Under the pieces are notes generated by a model. The model was not told the DNA's origin. It did no database searches and saw only the letters and a list, made by a program, of their open reading frames with translations. A stretch of DNA of 64,000 nt from assembly GCF_006345805.1 (NCBI RefSeq), contig NC_043011.1, positions 49,984,464 through 50,048,463 of the forward strand. The letters run 5' to 3'. The translations under genes were made by a program, and so were the position numbers. This DNA comes from Octopus sinensis. Taxonomy: Eukaryota. Shown in pieces: positions 1-13,100 of this stretch (positions within the stretch are counted from its first letter, which is position 1; each line of letters begins with the position of its first letter).

Positions 1-49
1 GATAGATATACATACATACAAAAATCTCTCTCTCCTCTCTCTCTCTCTC

Positions 50-80
<31 letters not shown>

Positions 81-97
81 GTGTGTGTGTAAAAAAA

Positions 98-480
98 GCT
101 TGCTTACTCACCACATGATTCCGGGTCCAGTACCATTGCACCTTGGCCTGGCGTCTAGACAGAAACTTAAAATGGCCCATCGTATATATATATATATAAT
201 ATATATATATATGTGCGTGTGTGTGTGTGTGTGTTTGTGTCTTTGTCTCTGTGTGTGTGTGTGTGTCTGTCTGTCTGTGTCAGTGTGTGTCTGTGTTGTA
301 CTACCACCATCGCTTGAGAACCGATGTTGGTGCGTTTACGTCCCCATAAGCCAGCGGTTTGCCAAACGGGGGCCAATAGAGTAAGTACTTGGCTTATAAG
401 GAATAACTTCTGCGGTCGATTTCTTCGACTAAAGGCAATGCTCCCACATGGCCGCAGTCAATCTACTGCAACAAATAAAA
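98..480 (+). mobile_element. tRNA-derived SINE, family A (degraded, microsatellite-interrupted)
   Basis: Head remnant cttgcttactcaccacatgattccgggtccagtacc and tail cgtttacgtcccc...ggtcgatttcttcgactaaaggc...catggccgcagtc match the full copy at 41420-41832. Confidence 0.7.
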
Positions 481-706
481 AATAAAAGAGTATAATTGCA
501 ACTGCATCACGCATTTTGTTCATGTGTCTGCGCCCGCACATGACTTATTGTGTTCTAACACGTGGTTGGAATAGTGTAGTGCATCGGTTTTTATATCAAT
601 GATATTTATATTACAGAACTCTTTCAACACTCACACATACACATATATATCCACAAATGTTCCCTATTAGGGCAACAAAAATACTGTTTAATTGTGAAAT
701 TGATTT

Positions 707-1337
707 CTGAAGAAATTTCTTTAGCTGCTATTTCTAATGAGTTCAGTATGTGGCAAAGTAATTTATTTTACTAAGCCCTTATATATAATGTAATATTTTG
801 AATTCGCCTATAATGGTCCCTTTACATACTGAATACTTGGTGAAATTGATTAATAATTAATTAATTTTACCCTCAATTGTTGAAATTATAATTCATCTCT
901 CTCTGCTAAATTCTGCGTTAATACATGGTGTTTGTCAATTTTAACCACGCTGGTGGAAAGGGGAGAGCAGAAATTCTTCGCTTGCATATTCGAATTTGAT
1001 AGCACTTTTAGTTCGAGCAGAATTCTAGAGGTGATTAGAAGCCGAAAGGGTGTGCTCCCGACTTTCAGTGTTCCCAAATCCGATTCAAGGAATTCTGAGC
1101 TGAAGAAAGAAATGTCGAATTGACTAATCTAGAAACGTACGTTCTCAAATAACCTTTGCACTTGATTTTTTAATGTTTTTTCCCCCATACTTTTGTGAGT
1201 TGGTTTAGGCAAACACTATCTGAGAGAGATCTTCTTTAAGTATTAGAAATAGCTGAAGAAATTTCTTTAGCTGCTATTTCTAATGAGTTCAGTATGTGGC
1301 AAAGTAATTTATTTTACTAAGCCCTTATATATAATGT
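707..1337. repeat. 85-bp exact direct repeat (707-791 and 1253-1337)
   Basis: ctgaagaaatttctttagctgctatttctaatgagttcagtatgtggcaaag...cccttatatataatgt occurs twice. Confidence 0.9.
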
Positions 1338-1356
1338 TATATATATATACATATAT

Positions 1357-1513
1357 ACGACGGGCTTCTTTCAGTTTCCGTCTACCAAATCCACTCACAA
1401 GGCTTTGGTCGGCCCGAGGCTATAGTAGAAGACACTTGCCCAAGGTGACACTCAGTGGGATTGAACCCGGAACCGGTTGGTAAGCAAGCTACTTACCACA
1501 CAGCCACTCCTCC
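1357..1513 (-). mobile_element. SINE family A, 5' tRNA-like head
   Basis: Reverse complement of the 41420 head, including A-box- and B-box-like motifs. Confidence 0.85.
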
Positions 1514-2852
1514 ATTGTATTCATCTCACTATCTGTTTCCTCAACAGATAAACTTTCAACAGACACTAATATTACAAGCGAAATATTTGTACCAAGAAAG
1601 TAATAACTCTTGAAATATGAAATGTCAGAGATTTATTAAATTTGTCGCGTAATGCTGTAGCATCTACATGATTGTCGCTTTTTGTGTCTCTTCGTAACGG
1701 AAGAATTAATCAACGAAAGAAATATGATATTGTCCAGAATATATCTTGGAACAGATTTTGGTAATAGTGAAATTAAACTTTAACATACCTGACATTTTTT
1801 GACGAGAAAATATAAATGTCGATATATAGGAAATGAAGACGTATATTTTTTTATTATTATGTGTAATTCATATCTTACGACATTCATAGTTTATTGTATG
1901 AAATTATTTACAGCTGATATTATCGTTTCCAAAGATTATATCAGGTTAACAGAAAATACTTTTAAGAAGTGATTTCATTAACGTAATTATTCTTATAGAA
2001 ATTTGGAAATGATATTCGGTACGAGTTTATCAAACTTGAGATTATCTTTTTTGAAATAACAATACACAATGAAATGAAATATAACATTATTTGAAATATA
2101 TTACAGCAAGTCAAACATTAAACTGAAGAATACGATAGATATGATCCATGCTTTTACGAAAAGCATAAAAGACATGGATTCTTTGATAAAATTCGTTCCT
2201 AAACACTCGTTAAGATTTTTATTAATTTGTCGTTAGCAAAGAAAATATCTCTGGAAATATTTCCATGAATACTCTTCAATGCAAGCATGTCTTTGCTTTG
2301 TTAAAGGATACCAACCATTAATTATTTTTGTCATTATTCATCAGAACAAGCCTAAGAGTCTTACAAAATAAAGTCGAAGCTACCTCAAATGCATTTACAT
2401 TGTTATCGTGCATATCCAATATTCGAAAAATAGTTTATGCGTTACATAATAAATTTTAAATAATTACTTTATTCCAATGAGTTTCTGATAATTAATTAAA
2501 CTCATAATCATAATGTATGTAATTGGAGCTCTAGTTTCGAGATAGGGTTTACTCCACACATCCAGTCTTCCAATGACTTCCTTACACTACTAAATTATTT
2601 ACACTGCTGTGTAGCTTCTTGGCAGACCTCACCGCACACACACACAGATATATGTATGCATGTATATAATATATATGTCTGTGTGTGTATGTATGTATGT
2701 ATGTACATGCATACATTATTTCAGGCTTCATAAGCCTGGAAAACACAGACTTCTGTTAGAGGTCTACGAAAGTTTAAGTCGCAAGAACCTGACTCAATCA
2801 CTTTTCAATAAAACATTTATCTTCTATTAAAAGTGTACCCTGTGCTCTCACA

Positions 2853-3110
2853 ATCGCGAGATCTTGGTTTCAATTCCTAGACCTGGTGGTGTGTTGTATT
2901 CTTGAGTAAAACACTTCACCCCACGTTGCTCTGCGATCACTTTGACTCCTGATGTGTGTTACACCGTACACCTCTTCAGGCAACGTCGATTTCATGGGGA
3001 GAGTGGGATAATATACAGCACATATATTTGATGAATATAAACAAATTATTTGTGCAGGACGCTCTCCAGAAAAGCTGAACGTTCATAGGTTAATATCGAC
3101 GGGTCTATCA
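2853..3110 (+). mobile_element. Degraded SINE (related to the 49707 and 50978 copies)
   Basis: ggtttcaattcctagacc B-box remnant followed by gtgttgtattcttgagtaaaacacttc...cacgttgctc, similar to 49760-49820. Confidence 0.5.
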
Positions 3111-3115
3111 TGCAA

Positions 3116-3174
<59 letters not shown>

Positions 3175-3181
3175 CAGACAC

Positions 3182-3233
<52 letters not shown>

Positions 3234-3572
3234 GTATATATATATATTTATGTATATATATATGAACAGACACACACACACACACACACCATATATATAT
3301 ATACATATATATAAGCATCTCACATCTTCTCTAATGAAGGGATATCGCTAATATCCCCAAAACAGGTGTAAGATTAACTTCCTCTTTATAAAAGTCCTGG
3401 AAATTCCACACACCCTTGGCTTTGTTTCATTTTATTTAACACACACACACACACATATATATGCCACTGTGTGAGTGAGTGTGTGTGTGTGTGTAATATC
3501 AGTAATAAGGAGAATGCACGTTAATATTAATTTATACTCTATGGAACCTGAAAAGGTTCCGTAGATGTAAAT

Positions 3573-3623
<51 letters not shown>

Positions 3624-4040
3624 GTAACGTATATATGCCAACTAAGTGTCGAGTCCTATACAGGACAGTGCTACTGTTGTTTATAGTCCCCCCAGGAAGA
3701 CATCTCTTCCAGCTGGCTAACCTAACACGGTCTATGTGCGATTAGTATTTGCGACGGTAGGTCATCGCTCCCATATCTAGACTTACGTGATACACGAGGT
3801 CTCAAGTTTCTTGGCGGTTACCCGTCCTCAGCGGGTGTTAATCACTTGCTAGTGACGAAACCTCATGTCACTCGCAAATTACTATATACTTTTCTAGAGA
3901 CGCACTGTCACTGATCTCGTAGAAAAGAGACATATGTTGTATTAAATCTCTGAGCGAGATATAAACAGTAGCGTTACGGAATCGTAACGAAATTTGTCGA
4001 CTAAATGTGGCATCTAATGCAGGACAGTGCTATTGTTGTT

Positions 4041-4120
<80 letters not shown>

Positions 4121-4159
4121 CATACATACATACATATATATATACATATGCCTGCCAGC

Positions 4160-4400
4160 GTGGGCAAGTGTCTTCTACTATAGCTTCGGGCCGACCAAAG
4201 CCTTGTGAGTGGATTGGGTAGACGGAAACTGAAAGAAGCCCGTCGTATATATGTCCCTGTAACTTAGCGCTTCGGCAAAATAGACCGATAGAATAAGTAC
4301 TAGGCTTCCAAAGAATAAGTCCTGGGGTCGATTAGCTCGACTGAAAGGCGGTACCCCAGCATGGCCACAGCCAAATGACTGAAACAAGTAAAAGAGTAAA
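4160..4400 (+). mobile_element. SINE family A, 5'-truncated
   Basis: gggcaagtgtcttctactatagc...gacggaaactgaaagaagcccgtcg and tail ...aaatgactgaaacaagtaaaagag. Confidence 0.8.
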
Positions 4401-5640
4401 ACAGTATGTATGCATCTGTATATATATCTATCTATCTATCTATCTATATATATATATAATTTGCTGGTAAGATTCATATTTACGCACAAAAACCCCTGGG
4501 AAAATTAGGGAGGTTCAGTTACATTGAGGGAATGATGAAGAGACACACAGAAAGAAAATTACCCTTTTACAGCAGTAATCATATGCTTAATTGATCCCAG
4601 TCTTTGTCTTCCAATTAATTAGTTACTTTAACAATTACGAGTTTTCATTACCTTATAATAATTCTCCTAATCTATTACACCATCGGGACAGCCTTTGCGT
4701 TACACACGCAAGGGACTCACCAATTCGACACCGAAGCACAGTTCGCATAACACGTAATTAACAGTGAAGTAATATTTCAGAAAGCTACGAACAGTCTATA
4801 CTCAACCACAAAATTATGTTTACGCATCTACACCAGGAATACGGAGATGCATCAGGGTTTGCGCAGGAAAATTGATGCCGATGACGATGAAGACGATGAC
4901 GACGACAGTGACAAAGATGATGATGATCATGCTCATGATGGTTGTGGTGGTGGTGATGGTCATGATGATGATGATGACGACGACGACGACAACGACTACT
5001 ACTAATTATATTTCAAACCAAAACTTCCCTTCTGTTAACATATCAGTCCAGAGATTTTGAAAAGATACACTTCATTGTCCCTGTACTGAATATCCTCCAG
5101 AACAGCTTGTTTTTATACCTTAATCAGAGCCAAGACTCTTGCAAATATAATGATAATCATTACACACCACTAATCGTTCATAAAATCTAATATTCCATGT
5201 AATACCAACAGTCATTGTTCGACTTGTTCAACTGCATTCCTGGACCTCAAATTCCAAATTCATTGATTTTTCTGGCACGCCTTCAGTCGGGAACCGAATG
5301 CCATCATCTGCATATGCGGACTCGGCATTCCCATGCACTAGTCCAAGTGAGAAGCCCCACCACCACCACCACCACCACCACCAAGCTTCTAACATGTGCA
5401 CCTATGGAATAAGAGGTAAAACATACAGGATTGATGGGAGAAGGCATCCTTCGTAGACCCTAATGTCTGAAACGAAACAATTAAAACTGTTCATGTACTG
5501 TAACAATTAAAGTAATGATACGTTGAAGTGATCTGACATCTGATAGCTTCTTATGTTCCATAACATGAACGGTCATGGTTTAGTAGCGTTGTCGTCGGTG
5601 GTGCTAGCGGCGGCACGTTTACGGTGATAGTAGAAGTGTT

Positions 5641-5984
5641 AGTACTGGCTGTGGTGCTGGTAATCGGAGAATGGAAAATTAACAGCCGTTGTGTTAATCA
5701 TTCACAGTATTTAGAATGGTTCCTACATTACACGAACTGCGAAAGTTAGTCATCCTTTGGGGGAAATATCAGAGTGAGATGTGTATGTACTAGGCTTATT
5801 TGAACATACAAAGTACTGGCTGTGGTGCTGGTCATCGGAGAATGGAAAATTAACAGTCGTTGTGTTAATCATTGACAGTGTTTAGAATGGTTCATACGTT
5901 AAACGAACTGCGATAGTTAAAGTCATCCTTTGGGGGAAATATCAGAGTGAGATGTGTATGTACTAGGCTTATTTGAACATACAA
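5641..5984. repeat. Tandem duplication of a ~172-bp unit (5641-5811, 5812-5984)
   Basis: Both units start agtactggctgtggtgctgg and end ggcttatttgaacatacaa, with scattered substitutions. Confidence 0.95.
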
Positions 5985-6327
5985 AGTGGTTTGTTGTTGC
6001 TATATACTTGCAATAAAGAATACATTTTGGTACAACATTCTCTCTCTGGGTCATTCCATCGAACTTTAGATGTATTAATGAGGAGTGTTAATGTAATCAA
6101 TTACCAATAAAATACTTTGATACATCGATTCCTGACGATTTCATGACCTGTTAAACATTAGTGATGGCGCCTAGACACTTAAATTAGATTATAGCGGCAT
6201 GGCGGAGATTAAACAGAGCAAAGGAGACAAGTTCGTCCACAAAAGTCAGTAGTGATGCGATCCAATATGATGTGTGTGTGTGTGTGTGTGTATGTGTGCG
6301 TGCGTGCGTGAGTTGAAATGTATATAT

Positions 6328-6700
6328 TCTTTTATTCTTTTACTTGTTTCAGGCATTTGACTGTGGCCATGCTGGAGCATCGCCTCTTTGTTGAACCAGT
6401 CGAACCCAAGACTTATTCTTTGTACGCCCAGTTCTATTTGTCACTTTTGCCGAACCGCTAAGTTACGGGGACGTAAACACACCAGCATCGTTTTTCAAGC
6501 GATGTTACGGGGACAAATACAGACACAGAAAAATACAGACACAGGCTTCTTTCAGTTTCCATCTAACAAATCCACTCACAAGACTTTGGTCGTCTCGAGG
6601 CTATAGTGGAAGACACTAGCCCAAAGTGCCATGCAATGATACTGAATCCAGAACAATGTGGTTGGTAAGCAAGCAACTTACCACACACCCACTCCAGCGC
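6328..6700 (-). mobile_element. SINE family A, near full length
   Basis: Reverse complement of both head and tail of the 41420 copy. Confidence 0.85.
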
Positions 6701-6749
6701 TTATATATGTATAGACCTTTTATGTATATATTCATGTTGTTTAGTTGTA

Positions 6750-8480
6750 TTCACAGATTTCTGGCCAATGGGGTAAGAATCGTTCTGTAAACAAGGTGAA
6801 AGGTTCCTTCATTGTAATTTTAACATCAACAAAGTAGTTGTGGGAGTAAGTGTATTGATTTGTAAGTGCATGAGCAGATCTCTATGTTCTGTGTTATCTC
6901 TCTATACTCATACATATAGTTGCATGTCTAGACTTCTGTATATGTATGCATATGCTACACTTTTGGCACGTTTTACCTATTTCGACAATTCCATTGAAAT
7001 ATACATTTCTGGTTTTCAGAACCCTAATTTCTCAAGATGGACGCTGAGGCAGTTGTTTACATGTCCTAGTGCCTCAATATTTAAGGGTTTAAACGTGAAT
7101 GTTTAATCCGAGTGTAGAAAAAGAAAATTTCTCAATAGTTCAGCGTGATGTCCTTTTCACCGATCTCAAAATTCTTTGACATCCATGAAGCAACTGAGTT
7201 CCACTATTGTGCAGTTTTACTCTATCACAAATTACTGTTTTTGGTCTACAATATTTGCATTATATTGAAATTTCACAGGGATATTCCGTCAATACTTTTA
7301 CATATTATTAGTGGTTATGTTCTCTAATATACTGTGGCTTCTTATCTCAGGTTAACCTTCCGACAAATCCCATTGTACATTATCTTGGACACAACATATT
7401 GTCTCACCAGCAGGTGATAGCGTAATGGTATTTTCAGACAACTGCTCATGATGTGGGCGACAGCTTCGGTGCTAATCGACAAACTCTGCATCGGTTATCA
7501 CATTGTGATGTTTTCCCTGTGCCGACTCGTTCTCTCTTTTTTATGCGCACCAGCAAATTGTTCGTAATTTCATGTTCCTGGATTGCAAATGGATACCCTA
7601 CACACTGAGAGTTAGTAATACTGCTGTACCATGATAGCGTGCTTTGATTATCAATCATTCTGGAGCTTTCTGCCGCTATTGAGTAATTCTTTAATCTGAT
7701 GATATGTTGTGCAACTTCTTGGATCATGTATACTTGTTTATGAGACGGAATATTTCTTGAAGAGTTTCATGATGTTATCGACCTAGTGTATGCTGACTTG
7801 ATCAATGGATACACTTATTAGTCTCTTATTAGTTAAAAGATGTTACAGAAGAGATAAGATGTAACATTCAAAAGCTTTCTCAATCGATAATAAACCTGTT
7901 ACCTTGCATCCGTATTATTATCTCTCCAGGCCAGTATCTTTCGGGTTTTCGCATTAATGGCTCACACAAATGATCTCATCAAACATCCAATCAAATAGCA
8001 CAAATGTTAGTGTGTGTAGTGGCTCAACAAACATGTTATAGTTCACTGTTTTATTGTATACATTAAGTTCTAAAACTCCTATTTTTTTAAATATCCGACC
8101 CTTTATATTTCTTAGTGTCGCGATCTTTGCTACAGGTGCTAAAAAGTGTTTTCGTTAATCCCTAGATATCTGAAACATTCCTCACCAGTTACAGGATAAA
8201 GTGTCAAGTCATTCTACAGCCATTTAAAGACATTTACTTTGACTAAACTCCAAATCAATAACCTTTTAGAATTTTGCACAAAAGACACAGTTCTATTTTA
8301 CATCGTGTCTATTCCTGGCACACAGCATCAATTCATCTCCGCGAAGTAATTTGTAATCTCTGTACATCTATATCCATGTAAACCAATGAGATAACGTTCC
8401 GAATTCCTCAAAATGAATGACGAGATGTTTACAAAAATTATCAATACTAACTGGACCCGTGAAAAATTCACGGAAAACAT
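6750..8480 (-). mobile_element. Old, decayed R4/Dong-type (RLE) non-LTR retrotransposon fragment
   Basis: Minus-strand translation across frameshifts gives ELNVYNKTVNYNMFVEPLHTLTFVLFDW (cf. ELNAKNKIIGINTLAVPVISYSYNILNW at 47.3 kb) and the CCHC knuckle CRVCRLAP/EAVAHIMSSC. Confidence 0.6.
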
Positions 8481-8529
8481 AAAAAAATATTAGCATCTGT
8501 CAACAGTGTAGTGATGCTATGAGAAATGT

Positions 8530-8700
8530 CGTCTGCATATTATGATCGTCTGTCTTTATGTTCTGAGTTCAAATTCTGCCGTGGTTGACTTTACCTTTCG
8601 TCATTTTGTAGTCGATAAATTAAGCACCAGTTGTGTACTGGAAAGATCTAATCAACTGGCCCTCTCCCCACAAAAAATTCAGAATGTAGAAAGTAATGTA
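8530..8700 (+). mobile_element. SINE family C (degraded)
   Basis: gttctgagttcaaattctgccgtggttgactttacctttc...gtcgataaattaagcaccag; same family as 38865-39085. Confidence 0.6.
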
Positions 8701-8993
8701 ACACCAATGGCTATATAATCCAACGAAAATATCTGTTACACAAACGGAATTACTATTTAATCATAAAATATATCGTGCATATTGAAAGATCTTTCTTGGT
8801 TTAGTGGTACGGAACGTTTTTCTGGTGTTCTTTTATTCTTTTACTCTATCAGTCTCTTCTGCTGAACAGCTAATTTACAGGGACGTAAACGCACCAACAT
8901 CGGTTTTTAAGCAATGATGGTGGCGGTGGGACAAACACAGACACAAACACACACACATACAAACAAACATACATACATACATACATACATACA

Positions 8994-9027
<34 letters not shown>

Positions 9028-10314
9028 CATACATACATGCATACATTCATACATACATACATATGACCGGCTTGGAGGTAGTGGCGATGCTGGCTCGTGC
9101 GATTTTGTGGTTTACTGATATGCTGAGAGAGATCTAGTGTATGTGTGTGTGTGTGTGTGTGTGTATGTGTGCGTACATGTAGGTACGTGCTAATGAATGC
9201 AGATATGTGTGCGATGATATGTGTTTATGTATTTCTCATTTCTTAGTAATCTGCATTCTTTCGGTAAGGCGACAACTCGTTTTTAATAAACAAAACGCCA
9301 TTTTCCTGACTTGGATACCAATGGCAACTTTGAAGATTTGGAAAGTTAAAGTCTGTGTCATATAAAGTTTATAGATATCCTTAGTGTCTAATTTACACAT
9401 TGCATTTTCAAACTGCGTGTTAGATCACTACTATATATGTCTGGAAATTTTTACCTCCTCTTGATAGTCATTTAGAGATTTGCTACCATATAGAAGTAAA
9501 CCAATAATTGTAGACAGAATTGTGAATTTATAATCTGGAGAGAGAAGATGTATTTTGTTTAAATCTTTGCTTTCTCTCAGATTTGGAAAGAAATGCTCTT
9601 GTATACAAAGCATCTTGTATTTATATCAATATGCATCTGTTTCTATTTGAATCATTAATAACCTCGCCACACGTGTTATTTCTGCATTTGATGGAAGTTT
9701 GGATGTCACTGCTCCACCGATACTGTCATGTGTTAAAACGTATGTATGTATTTATGTACATAAATCTTTTACCCAATGTATTTATTTCTGGGTGCCAGTG
9801 TATATTTCTGTAGCAGAAACCTAATGTATTGAAATGCATTATTATTAATGACATTGTTTGGTAGATACTGATTAAATGGTCAATATCTCCACAGAAAACT
9901 GACCTAATCGACATCCCGAGAGATTAAAGACTGGACAACAATTTATTATTGTTATCGTTATTATTATTATTATCGTCATTATCCACATGATCATCGTCAT
10001 CTAGATTTCTAGTTTTCCCCTGTTCTTCGATACCAAAAGAATTACCTTCTGAATGTAAGAGGTCATAACGGTCATGTATCAAAGGCTGGCCACACTTCCA
10101 GTCGATGTTAACGACACCTCGATCTGTAAAGGAAACATACCTGTGCGTGACAAATGTCTTGTACACACTATGTATGGATATATACATACATACATACATA
10201 CATATATATACACACATATATACATACATACATATACATACACTCGCACACATACGCACATACATGTATATACAAATAAACACCTGTATATATATATATG
10301 TGGGGGGGCGTATT

Positions 10315-10760
10315 CTTTTACTTCTTTCGGTCATTTGACTGCGGCCATTCTGGAGCGTCACCTTGAAGGGATTCAATTGAAGAAATGGATTCCAGGACTT
10401 CTGTATGCGAAGCCTAGGACTTAATTCATCGGTCTCTTTTGCCGAACCGCTAGTTTACGAGAACGTAAACACTCCTACACCTGTTTTCAAGCGGTTATGG
10501 GGGAGACAGATACAAAGACACATACGTAGATATATATGTGTGTGTGTATTTGTGTGTGTGTGTGTGCGTGTACATGTGTGTGTGTGTATGTGTGTACCAC
10601 GGAATTCTTTCAGTTTTTCTACCAAATCCACTCACAAGGCTTTGGTCGGCCCGAGGATATAGTAGAAGACACCTTCACAAAGTGCCACGCAGTGGGACTC
10701 AACCCGGAACCATGTGGTACGGAAGCAAGCTTCGTACAATACAGTCATGCCTGCGCCTGT
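10315..10760 (-). mobile_element. SINE family A, full length
   Basis: Tail, internal microsatellite and head all match the reverse complement of the 41420 copy. Confidence 0.85.
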
Positions 10761-10878
10761 GTGTATATATCAGTAAAAGCATAATCGTACAAAGCCACAT
10801 TGAATAAAAATATATATTCGTGTGAAATCATATTTAACGCACAAATAAACTGTATGGTGTTCTAATTTTAAGAATCAA

Positions 10879-11268
10879 CTAGTAGTATTACCCGGCGTTG
10901 CTCGGGTTTCTTGCGACCCTTTAGAAATGGAATTTTTGCAAAGTAAAAATTTTGCATTATGTAGCTTCTTATTGTCTTTAAGTGAACATTTTTCTGGTTA
11001 AAATACACAGAAAATGGCGACACAGCAGTCAAAAAATCGTAAAAAATAGGCATTTTCATAGAAAAAAAGCACCTTTTTGATGAAAATAATTTTTGGTGCT
11101 AACATGGTCCGATTTGAATTTTTTTCATCCACGGAAGGAAGAACAAGCCTTCTTCTATCATACTCTCAATTTTTGTCAATTTGCGCCGCAGGGTCTCGGA
11201 AGAGATAGTGTTAGTTGAAGGCTACCAAACCTGCCATACACGGACAACTTCAGCTTTATATATATAGA
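10879..11268 (-). mobile_element. Non-autonomous Helitron
   Basis: On the minus strand it starts TC(tatatatataaagctgaag), ends with the hairpin cccgagcaacgccggg then CTAG, and sits between A and T with no TSD. Confidence 0.85.
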
Positions 11269-11290
11269 TTACTAGGAAAGTAAGACTTGC

Positions 11291-11338
11291 CCTCCGTAGC
11301 TGACGACGCGAAAGAACGCAGAAACATGTGTCATGGGA
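11291..11338 (+). ncRNA. Hammerhead-ribozyme-like motif (type I, imperfect)
   Basis: CTGACGA (11300-11306), short stem II gcg/cgc, GAAAC (11321-11325), stem III aca/tgt, GUC; stem I is weak. Confidence 0.4.
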
Positions 11339-11647
11339 TCCAATGACGTTATTCAGAGTCCAACACCTAGTCTGGGAGGTTTATTTTCTTCTGGGACTCT
11401 TTCCATAGCGGCAAGTCTTCCTACGTTCGAGTGAGCTCGAGCATGTTAGATATGAGGTATAGATTTCGCTCCGTTTTCGAGTTGACTACGAGTCGCAAAA
11501 TTACTTAAAACATTATAAATGTAATGCCAATAATTATTTTTATTAATTAGTTAATGCCCGATAATAATATAATTGTTTTAATTGATAAGTGAGCGTGATT
11601 TTGAATGGAAAAATTGAGTTTAAGTGTATAACAAATTCCTTCCTTTA

Positions 11648-12171
11648 TCTATATATATAAAACTGTAGTTGTGTGAGTGTCTGTCCCCTTCGATTTAGAT
11701 TCCTAACTACTCCCACATTTTGCGGTGCAGTTTAACCAAATTCGGGTATCTTATAGTCGTGATTCATATCGAGCCCGTCTGCGTATTAGCGCGCGTCTAC
11801 GATGAGTCTACGATGAGTCTACGATTTTAAAAATAATTTAACATCATTTTTTATTCCATTTTGATGCATATTTTTTCGTGTGTCGATGGCGGAGGAGTTG
11901 GCGTTCATGGTCACACCTGCACCTGTTTGCTTCTCCCCCTTATTCCCTCCCTCGTGAAGCTGTGGGGAAGGGAGTGTAAGGAAATCAGCGTCGTAAAGCG
12001 TTGTCAAGGAGACCAGCGTTCTTTTAGAACAACGACTTCATGGCTTGAAGACACCAAAACAGAAATGGCTAAGAAAGCCCGAATTGGCATCTATAAGGGA
12101 AGTAACTCTCTAAAAATGCTTATATAGTTATTTCCCTTACAAACCCGAGCAACGCCGAGCGATACTGCTAG
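11648..12171 (+). mobile_element. Non-autonomous Helitron
   Basis: A|TCtatatatataaaactg ... cccgagcaacgccgagcgatactgCTAG|T; shares ends with 40665-41060. Confidence 0.85.
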
Positions 12172-12189
12172 TAAGTAATAAACAATGTA

Positions 12190-13100
12190 TCATAACAAGA
12201 ACGTAATGAAGGGATTGACTTCTGCGTTTTTAAAACTGCGCTTCACTGCGGAGCTTTCTCACGAGGAATACCGAGTTTTTCAGACTTTCAACAGTATATC
12301 TCCGTTAGGTATGATATACAGAATAGCATTCTGAAGTACCAGAGCTTCAGCTAGTAATAATGAAAATTTATTTGCTTAAAATGTTTAACTATTGTCTCAA
12401 ATATCTAAGATGAAAGAGTACGGAGTAGAACAAGTTAAATTGTACTGGTTACATTATGCTAGGGAGTTCCTTTTATCCGAGGAAGAGAAAATTTAAATAG
12501 AAACTGAAGAAAAAAAACGTAGGATTCTCTTGTCGGGATGTGGAGAAAATATTTGTAAGTGTGGAAGTTAATTATAAGTCTATGGTAGGGATACTCAAAA
12601 TTACTAATTAGGCTTAGAAGGTTTTACTTCATAGTTTTACTAGAATAAACTGGAATAAGCGGTTACAAATTATAACTATATATGTATGTGGTAGACATCT
12701 CAAAAGGTCGAACGATTAGAGACATGGGAATCTCATGGAGAAATACAGAAGTTAGAGGAGAATCTAAATAATTATCTACATTACGAATGCAGGTTTCGTA
12801 CACAAGTAAAATAGTCGGGTAGGTGGCAATAATTACAGGAATGATTGTAATTATAATAAGTCTTATGAAACAACGGGTTGAAATGAGAGAGTTAAAGTGA
12901 TAGTATTAAATTTTAAAACCTAACCAAACAGGTGTTGCTAAATAGGCTGTATGGTGCGTTGTAGAGATATCATCGATGTTTTTAATATTACGTTAGATAA
13001 GTGATCTGATATAGGTAAAATGGAGGTGAGAGGAACAATCAACCCCTGCTAACTTACGATAGTTCTCGAAGATGAATTCGCAAATTATAATAAGGATTTT
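12190..13100 (-). mobile_element. Highly decayed Penelope-like RT fragment
   Basis: Minus-strand remnants resembling LRPIVS (LRTIVS) and RYVDD (RNVDN), with many stops. Confidence 0.35.

Noticed and set aside
3960-4010. Hairpin cgttacg-gaat-cgtaacg followed by aaa as a hammerhead
   Set aside because: No CUGANGA-like core directly before the stem and no convincing stem I.
5641-5984. CRISPR-like or other repeat-spacer array (also 58545-58750)
   Set aside because: No unique spacers between repeats, eukaryotic context and no cas genes.
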